Assembly (NCBI GenBank): GCA_963821525.1
Contig: CAWGED010000003.1
Span: 64,001 to 128,000 of the forward strand
Reading direction: 5' to 3'
Source: an uncultured Gemmatimonadales bacterium
GTDB taxonomy: Bacteria > Gemmatimonadota > Gemmatimonadetes > Gemmatimonadales > GWC2-71-9
Length of the DNA: 64,000 bases
The notes beneath the pieces were generated by a model. That model saw only the letters and a program-made list of their open reading frames with translations. It had not been told where the DNA came from and did no database searches. Made by a program: the position numbers and the translations under genes. Below are positions 46,060 through 54,270 of this stretch, one piece after another (the first letter of the stretch is position 1; every line of letters starts with the position of its first letter).

Positions 46060-48878
46060 GTGAGAACCATCCGAGCCATTCGCGCCCTGAGCATCGCGGC
46101 GCTTTCTCTTTCCTGCTCCCAGGCTACCCAGCAGGCGGCACCGGGTCCCGATCCGGCCGCGGTTGCGACGGCAGCCCCTGTCGAAGCCGACACGACCGGT
46201 CCATCACAACCGATCCTGCCGCCCCGCGAGGCGTTTACCAAGGGCTGGATGCCGCTCGCCGCCACGGGAGTGATCGAGTTTCGCAAGGCGTATCCCACCT
46301 ACGACGGCCGCGGTGTCCTGATCGGCATCCTGGACAGCGGGATCGATCCGGGAATTCCCGGCCTCTCCACCACCTCGACCGGAGAGCGGAAGATCCTCGA
46401 TCTGCGGGACTTCTCCGGTGAAGGCGAGGTGAAGCTCGAGAAGGGGGCTCCGTCGGGAGATACCGTGGTGATCGCGGGCAAGCGGCTCGGTGGCTTTTCC
46501 CGAATTCGGACCACCAACGCCGCGGGACCCTGGTATGTGGGCACTGTCGCGGAGTTGCCGCTGGGCGAGATGCCCGCGTCCGACCTGAACGGCAACCGGA
46601 GCGACGCCGATACCCTGCCGATCGTGGTGACCCGGGCCAGCGACGGCTGGGTTCTCTTCATCGACAGCAACGGCAACGGCTCCCTCGGCGATGAACGGCC
46701 GGTCCACGATTATCTCATCGCCCGCGAGGTCTTTGCCTGGAGCACCGGGAAGGCGACGCCCAACCGTCACCCTGGCCGCCAACTTCCGCGACAACCGCGG
46801 AGTTCCGTCGCTCGATCTCTATTTCGACACCAGCGCACACGGATCCCACGTCGCGGGCATCGCGGCGGCGCACGACATGTACGGGGTGAAGGGATTCGAC
46901 GGCGTGGCGCCGGGAGCGCAGCTCCTCGGACTCAAGATCGCCAACGACGCGCAGGGCGGAATCTCCACCACCGGCAGCATGCTCCGGGCGGTGGACTACG
47001 CCATCACATTTCGCCCACCAGCGCAGCATGCCGCTCGTGCTCAACATGAGTTTCGGTGTGGGCAACGAGGCGGAGGGGAAGGCGCGCATCGATCAGCTGA
47101 TCGACTCGGTGCTCCAGGCCCATCCCGACGTGGTCTTCACCATCAGCGCCGGCAACGACGGGCCGGGACTCTCGACCATGGGATTTCCCGGCTCGGCCAA
47201 TCGCGCGCTTACGGTCGGTGCCGACGTTCCCGGCCGTGATGCTCGGTGCGGTCACCAAGCCGGCCAGCGATCCGGTCTGCCTATTTCAGCGCCCGTGGCG
47301 GGGAACTCGCCAAACCCGATATCGCCGCTCCGGGTCTGGCCTACTCCACCGTGCCGCACTGGAATGTGGGAGACGAGCGGAAGGGTGGCACCAGCATGGC
47401 CTCGCCCCACGCGGCGGGACTCTCCGCTCTGCTCGTCTCGGCGATTACTCAGCGAGGGGAGAAGGTTGACGCTCGGCTGATCAAGCAGGCGTTGATGGTC
47501 ACCGCTCGGCCGGTTCCCGATCAGACCATCCTGGATGAGGGTACCGGCGTGCCCGATGTGAGAGCGGCTATGCGGTGGCTGGAAGGTTCTCACGCCGTGC
47601 CCGAGGTGGATGCGCGCCCGGCGGACCATGGAGTCACCGCCGCGTTCCGCCCCAACGGCCTCGAGGCTGCGGGCGACACGGTGCAGAGCTTCGTGCTGCA
47701 GCGGAGCGCCGGCGGACCGGAGTCGTTCTCGCTTCGAAGCAACGCCGGATGGTTACCGGCGCCGAACACGGTGGACATGAAGGAATCCTCCGCCCGGCTC
47801 GACCTGCGCTACCGGCCCGAGGCATTGAAGAATCCTGGCGTGTACACGGGTGTCGTCTCCGGATGGACCAGTGATACCATGGCCGGTCCCGCGTTCCGGC
47901 TGGTCAACACCATCGTGGTACCCGCCATCGGTGCCCGGATCGAAACCGATCCTCAACTGATTCCACCGGGAGGCCAGCGTCGCCTCTTCTTCCGCGCCGA
48001 GGCGGGACGGCCCTTCTTCGTCGCTCGCGGCGACCACCTCTCGTCAGGAGCAGGCGCAAGCCTTTCTCCATGAGCCTGGCGGGCAGCCATATCGGGAAGC
48101 CAACGGCATTCCGGCCGGATCGGGCGACGATGCCGCGCTCTACGTGGTGGACGGACGTGATGTGGTGACTGGGTTGTACGAAACGATCACCGTCGCTCCG
48201 CCGCTCCAGTCTACGACGTCGCTCACCGTGATCGAGCAGAGCCCGCTGGTGATCAACGGCACGCGCGACGCCGGGGGCATCACGATCACGCTCCAGAATG
48301 CGGAGAGCAGCGCCGTCACGACCCAGCCCTTCGTGGTTCTGGTCGGAGCCGAACGCACCGCGACCATTACCGGCCACGGGTCAGCGGTGGATCCCGTCGC
48401 CTTTGGCATACCCGACTGGGCGATCCACGCCACGGTGGATGTGAGCATGGATCCCGCGCAGTGGCCTCGCTTCACCGACTTCGGACTCACGCTCTTCGAT
48501 TCCGCCGGCAGGCAACTCGGCAAGCAACCGCTCAACTATGCGCTGGGCCGGCTCCACGTCGACCTGCCTGGGACTGCCTTAGGCGGTGCGGTGAAGCTCT
48601 TCCCCGGTCTCGCCGACCCGACGAGCGAAGCGCCGTGGAGTGCCGCTCTCTCGATCCGCCTCTACGCCGACTCGTCACACGTAGAACGTCTGCCCGGCTC
48701 GCAGATCACCCTGCCCCCGGGGGGAACCGGTACGGTGCACATCGCGATGCCGAGCCAGTCGCCCGTTTCATTCGGACCCGGCTTCGCTCCTCTTGGAATT
48801 GTCGTGGTACCGGTAGGAGACCGGACCTGGACTCGGGAGATCGGATTCCCCGAGCCGGGCGCGCCGCTCTCTCCATGA
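46060..48878 (+). CDS. Tripeptidyl-peptidase II-like S8 peptidase, predicted lipoprotein (several frameshifts)
   Basis: Lipobox [20 protein letters not shown], long insert, [29 protein letters not shown]. Confidence 0.8.
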
Positions 48879-50256
48879 CCAAGGCCAGCGTCCGCGTCGC
48901 AGCGGGTCAGGGCTTCTGGGGCGACTGGCTCGAGGCTCCGGTCCGCCAGGTCGAAGGCGGGCCGATTGACTACCTCATGATGGACTACCTCGCCGAGGTG
49001 ACCATGTCCATCATGCAGAAACAGAAGTCGCGTGACCCGAACGCGGGCTATGCGCGGGACTTCGTTCCACTGATCGAGCGAATTCTCCCGACCCTCGTGT
49101 CCGAAGCGCATCCGGGTGACCTCCAACGCCGGAGGCGTGAATCCTCGTGGCTGCGCCGAGGCGGTGCTCGCGCGTGGCTCGAAAGCTGGGGTTCGCGGGC
49201 AAGGTGAATGTCGGCCTCGTTTCGGGGGACGATATCCTGCCGCGCCTCGACGAGCTCATTGCTCGTGGCCACGAGCTGCGCGACATGGACACCGGCCGGC
49301 CCCTCAGCGACATTCGCGACAAGGTCCTCTCCGCCAACGCCTACCTCGGCATGGGCCCGATCGTCGACCGCGCTGGAACAGGGTGCGGACATCGTGGTGA
49401 CCGGCCGGGTGACCGACACCGGTCTGACGCTCGGTCCACTCTTCCATGAATTCGGCTGGCGGACCAACGACTGGGACAAGGTCGCCGCGGGAACCGTGGC
49501 GGGGCATATCATCGAGTGCGGCGCCCAGTCGAGCGGTGGGAACCTGCTGCGCGACTGGCGGAAGGTGCAGGGCCTCGCCAATCCGGGCTTCCCGATCGTC
49601 GAGGCCTCACCCGATGGGACGTTCGTGGTAACGAAGCATCCCAAGCACCGGCGGTATCGTGAACGTTCCGAGCGTGACGGAGCAGCTGGTCTACGAGATG
49701 GGAGACCCGCACTCCTACATCACGCCGGACGGCGTCGCCGACTTCACCACCATCCAGCTGAAGCAGGCCGGCAAGGACCGAGTGCAGGTGAGCGGCATCA
49801 AGGGCGGGCCGAAGACCCCGATGCTCAAGGTGTCGATCGCCTACTTCTACGGATACAAGGCGGTGGGAACGCTGGTCTATTCCTGGCCCGAGGCCTACGA
49901 CAAGGCCAAGGCCGCCGACCGCATCCTTCGCCAGCGGCTCAAGGACCTGGGGCTCGAGCTTCGAGCAGATCCTGACGGAGTTTGTCGGAGTCGATGCGAC
50001 CCACGGACGTCTGGCGGGCCCGGCTTCACCGGATGCTCCCGAGGTGCAGCTCCGCATCGGTGTGCGAGCCCGGGAGAAGGCGCCGGTGGATCGTTTCACC
50101 CGAGAGATCGCACCGCTGGTGCTGACCGGGCCGCCGAGTGTGACCGGGTTTGCCGGCGGCCGGCCGCAGGTGGAGGAGGTCGTCGCCTACTGGCCGGCGC
50201 TGATCGATCGGAGGGAGATTGAGCCCGGCGTGAAAGTCGAGATCCTAAAAGCGTGA
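48875..50256 (+). CDS. Acyclic terpene utilization AtuA-family protein (DUF1446; several frameshifts)
   Basis: [52 protein letters not shown]. Confidence 0.88.
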
Positions 50257-50340
50257 GCGGTGAGCAGTGAGCGGTGAGCGGGAAATGTCTGATGATGCCG
50301 ATACGCGGCCCGCTCACCGCTTACCGCTTACCGCTCACCA
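50253..50340. repeat. Heptamer-arm inverted repeat (GTGAGCG / CCGCTYA)
   Basis: gtgagcggtgagcagtgagcggtgagcggg ... cccgctcaccgcttaccgcttaccgctcacc. Confidence 0.88.
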
Positions 50341-50343
50341 ACT

Positions 50344-50739
50344 ATGAGCGACACGATGGCGCGGAAATCTCCAACAAAACGAACGCCCGGGACCACTACC
50401 GTCCAGCTCAGATGGCTGGCGCACGCACGCTCGGGCGACAAGGGCGACACCGCGAACGTGGGCCTCATCGCGCTCGAGCCGGAGTATTTCCCAGTCCTGG
50501 TCAAGCAGGTGACCGTGGCCAGGGTTCAGCGGCACTTCAAGGGCATGGTGCGCAGCGTCGATCGCTACGTGCTCCCCAATCTGAACGCGCTCAACTTCCT
50601 CCTGCACGGTGCCCTCGACGGCGGCGGGACCATCTCGCTCAAGACCGACGCGCAGGGGAAGGTGTATTCGACGGCGCTGCTTGCGGATGGCGATTCCGGT
50701 GCCGGCGGGTGTCGCGAGAAAGGTCAGGGGCGTAGGTGA
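50344..50739 (+). CDS. Stand-alone AtuA C-terminal-like domain protein (3' end uncertain)
   Basis: AHARSGDKGD, LPNLNALNFLL..ALDGGG..SLKTDAQGK. Confidence 0.8.
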   Translation: MSDTMARKSPTKRTPGTTTVQLRWLAHARSGDKGDTANVGLIALEPEYFPVLVKQVTVARVQRHFKGMVRSVDRYVLPNLNALNFLLHGALDGGGTISLKTDAQGKVYSTALLADGDSGAGGCREKGQGRR

Positions 50740-50828
50740 TAGGTGTCGGGAGCACGGTCGGTCTCTCCTATCCCTGACGCCTAGACACCTACCCCCTACC
50801 GCCCTGACCCCTGACACCCTGAGCCTGA
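50722..50828. repeat. Degenerate heptamer-arm inverted repeat (TCAGGGG / CCCTGAC)
   Basis: ggtcaggggcgtaggtgataggtgtcggg ... ccctgacgcctagacaccta...ccctgacccctgacaccctga. Confidence 0.65.
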
Positions 50829-51576
50829 TGACCATCTCTCGTCGCTCCGGAAGGCGTCCTCACCCTCACCCTCAACCGCCCCGAGAAGCGGAACGCACTC
50901 GACACGCCGACCCTCGATGCGCTGCGCGCGGCGTTGGATCAGGCCGAGCTCGACGCGCAGGTGCGGGTGGTCGCGATACGGGGGGCGGGGAAGGACTTCT
51001 GCGCCGGGGCGGATCTCAATGAGCTGCTCGCGTCGGCCGACAAATCGCTGGCGGAGAACGAGGCGGCGGCACTCCGGTTGGGAGGGCTGTTCGTCCGGAT
51101 CCGCACCCTGCCCAAGCTGGTCGTCGCGGTCGTGCACGGTCGGGCGTTCGCGGGAGGGGCCGGGCTGGCCACGGCGTGCGATCTCGTACTGGCGACCAGC
51201 TCGGCGCAGTTCGGCTATCCCGAGATCCAGCGCGGCTTCGTGCCCGCGATGGTGATGACGATGCTCCGCCGCAGTGTGGGGGAGAAGATCGCGCTCGATC
51301 TCGCGGTGACCGGGCAGGGTGCTGACCGCGGCCGAGGCGCAGGCCGCCGGGCTGATCTCGCGCTCGATTCCCGATGGCGAGTTCGAGCAGACCGTGAACT
51401 CCGTGCTCACCGCTCTGTCGCAGACCAGCGCCAATGCTCTCGCCCTCACCAAGCGGCAGTTCTATGAGCTGGACGGGCTTCCGTTCGCGGACGGCATCGG
51501 ACTTGGTGCCCGGGTGAACGCCCTGGCTCGTGCCCACCCCGACTTCCGCACCGCGATCGCGGCCTTCCTGAAGTAG
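50828..51576 (+). CDS. Enoyl-CoA hydratase/isomerase (crotonase family; frameshifts, start approximate)
   Basis: LTLNRPEKRNAL, FCAGADL, AFAGGAGLATACD, FGYPE. Confidence 0.88.
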
Positions 51577-51589
51577 GACCCATCCGAGC

Positions 51590-51812
51590 TACCGCAAAAG
51601 CGCGCGCAGAGACGCAGAGGACGCAGGAGCTGGTACTCTCTGTGCCTTTCGTGTATGTAGCATCTGATGTGCGCATGCCGAATTGATGCAACTACAAACA
51701 CAGAGACACAGTACGCGAAGAGTTAGTACTAATAGTCGCTCGTGTTCTCTGCGTCTTTGCGTCTCTGCGTCTCTGCGTTTGCTTTGTGTCCTTCGTGTCT
51801 TTGTTTGCATTA
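51590..51812. repeat. Composite inverted repeats built from 9-mer units (CGCAGAGAC, CACAAAGAC types)
   Basis: cgcagagacgcagaggacgcag ... ctctgcgtctttgcgtctctgcgtctctgcg; atgcaactacaaacacagagacac ... tgtgtccttcgtgtctttgtttgcat. Confidence 0.75.
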
Positions 51813-51875
51813 ATTCTGGACTAGATCGCGTAAATAGGGATGACGGGTCGGTTGGGCCGGCTTGCAGTCTTGGGT

Positions 51876-53692
51876 ATGGCCAATCGTCGTCCCCCAGCGC
51901 CTGGAGAGGCGCGCAACTTCTCCAGCGCCACTTCGGCTACCCTGACTTCCGCCCCGCCCAGCGACGGGTAGTGCAGTCGGTGCTCGCGGGTCGGGATACC
52001 CTCGCGGTCCTGCCTACGGGTGGCGGGAAGTCCATCTGCTTTCAGCTGCCCGCCCTCGTCCTCGGCGGGTTCACCATCGTCGTCTCCCCCCTCATTTCCC
52101 TGATGCAGGATCAGGTCGCCGCTCTCCGGGCGCGGGGGATCTCTGCGGCACTGCTTAACAGCAGCCTGACCCGCAACGAACAACAGCGAGTTCTCGACGA
52201 GGTCGTCGCCGGGCAAATTCCGCTCCTCTACACCTCACCCGAGCGACTGGCAAGTCTGGCAACGAGTCTGCGCCAACACCAAGCCACGCCGCGACTCCTC
52301 GCCATCGACGAGGCGCACTGCATCACCGAATGGGGACACGATTTTCGGCCGGCCTATCGCGCCCTGCGCCGGCTCCGCTTCGCCCTCGGAAAACCTCCCG
52401 TCGTCGCGCTGACCGGCAGCGCTACTCCCGAAGTCCGCCAGGACATCACCGCCGCACTCGGCCTCCGCAGCCCCGATCTCCACCTCGGCTCGTTCGACCG
52501 GCCCAACCTCTGGTTCGGCGTGGTCCGGGTTCGAGACGAGCGAGAGCGGCTCGAGCGGCTGCTCTCTCTCCTGCGGGAGGAGGACCGACTGGCCATCGTC
52601 TACGCCCCGACCAGAAATACCGCCGAGGGTCTCACCCGGGCGCTCAATCGGGCGGGCTTTCGTGCCGCACCGTACCATGCCGGTCTCAACAAGGCGGGTC
52701 GAGTCGAAGTGTTGCGACGGTTCCTGGAGGAGGATCTCGAGGTCGTTACCGCCACCTGCGCCTTCGGGATGGGGATCGATCAGCCCCGAGTGAGGCTGGT
52801 CGTGCACTGGACCATGCCGCCCACTCCGGAGTCTTACTACCAGGAGGCTGGGCGGGCCGGGCGGGATGGAGGATTCGCTCGCTGCGTGCTCCTCGCGGGT
52901 CGCAACGACGCCGTTCTCCATCGCCGCCAGCTGGAGGTCACCTTCCCGCCGAAGCAGTTGTTGCAGCGCATCTGGTACGAAAAGGACGGGAGACGCGGGG
53001 TTCCGGCCAACGTGCTCGCCTCGGCCGACCGTCTCTCCCGCGAGCTTCACCCTGAACGCGGTGCGGTGGATTGGCGTCCGGTAGAGGCGCGGAGGCAGAA
53101 GGCGGCGGAGCGCATAGCCGCGGTGGAGAGCTACGCTGAGGGGAATGGATGCCGTCGCGCGGCCTTGCTCCGCTATTTCGGTGAGACGCTCGGTCAATGC
53201 TCGGGGTGTGGTCGCTGCCGGAGGAGGATGAGCGAGAAGCGACTCGACCCGGTCGCCGCCGGAAGGTATCGCCGGCTGTTGCGGATCTTCTCGGGCGGCA
53301 AGGCGCCATGGGGCGGAGCGTTGATCGAACCGGATGTCCTTCGTAGCCTCGCCGAATCGCCGCCGGGCAATTCGGATCAGCTCGCCGCGGTGCCGGGTGT
53401 GGGCCCCTCGCTCGCCGAACGGTTGGGTGCCGTCATCCTCGGCGCCCTCGAGGCCGGACCGGCGGCCGAATCCCCGGAATGCCCTCCGCTCCATCAGGCC
53501 CTGCGAGACTGGCGCCGGACGGTAGCTGACGGGATGGGCGTCCCCGACTACGCCGTCCTCCCGGACGCCGTCCTGGCCCGCATAGCCCAACAAAGGCCCC
53601 AGGATCGGGACGGGCTTCGGGTCATTGAGGGACTGGGCCCCCGGGCGCTGGCCAAATGGGGGGATACGCTCCTCAGTCTGAGCCTGCAGTAG
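51876..53692 (+). CDS. recQ: RecQ-family ATP-dependent DNA helicase with HRDC-like domains (start approximate)
   Basis: FGYPDFRPAQ, PTGGGKSICFQ, IDEAHCITEWGHDFRP, AFGMGID, YQEAGRAGRDG, CRR..CSGCGRC. Confidence 0.9.
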
Positions 53693-53766
53693 TCCTTCCG
53701 GCCCGTCCGTGTCAGGTTCCCGCCCGGTTCCGCGCATTCCTGAACGGACTATTTCAGGAGCAAGCG

Positions 53767-54270
53767 ATGGGTTTCCGTATCCGCCGGGCGGTTCCTCAGG
53801 ATTCCGCCGCAGTGCGACGACTGGTGGCGAGGTCGTTGTTGGGCCACGGGCCGGAGGTTGGCCATTCAGAGCGACTCGAGGTTGCCCTCGACCGCGTGGT
53901 GGGCCCCGACTGGGAGCCCTTCGCCAAGGGCACGTACTTCCTGGTCGAGCAGGGAACCCGGGTCTTGGGGATTGGCGGCTACGCTCCCTCGGGCCGGCCA
54001 TTCGGTACAGCCCGGATGCGCCACTTCTACGTGGATCCGGAGTTCAGCCGCCAGGGCATCGGGAGCTGGCTGCTCACCGTGGCCGAAGGGCGGGCGTTGA
54101 CCGAGGGATTCCGCAGTGCCGATTGTGTCGCGATGCTGAATGGCGAGCAATTCTTCGGTGCCAACGGTTACGTCCCCGTTGATCACACCGCGGCGACGCT
54201 GCCGGGTGGGTGGTTGTCCCGCGGCCTGCGGATGCGGAAGAACCTGGCCAGCGCGGTGAAGGCAGCCTGA
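53767..54270 (+). CDS. GNAT-family N-acetyltransferase
   Basis: HFYVDPEFSRQGIGSWLL, FFGANGY; AGGAG SD. Confidence 0.8.
   Translation: MGFRIRRAVPQDSAAVRRLVARSLLGHGPEVGHSERLEVALDRVVGPDWEPFAKGTYFLVEQGTRVLGIGGYAPSGRPFGTARMRHFYVDPEFSRQGIGSWLLTVAEGRALTEGFRSADCVAMLNGEQFFGANGYVPVDHTAATLPGGWLSRGLRMRKNLASAVKAA

Noticed and set aside
51683..51875. N-terminal extension of RecQ
   Set aside because: It is translated 9-mer repeat (LRLCVSASLR), not protein-like
52235..54001. Long antisense or alternate-frame ORFs (also 55346-57154, 26514-28223, 12701-14059)
   Set aside because: Shadow ORFs of real high-GC genes with no recognisable motifs
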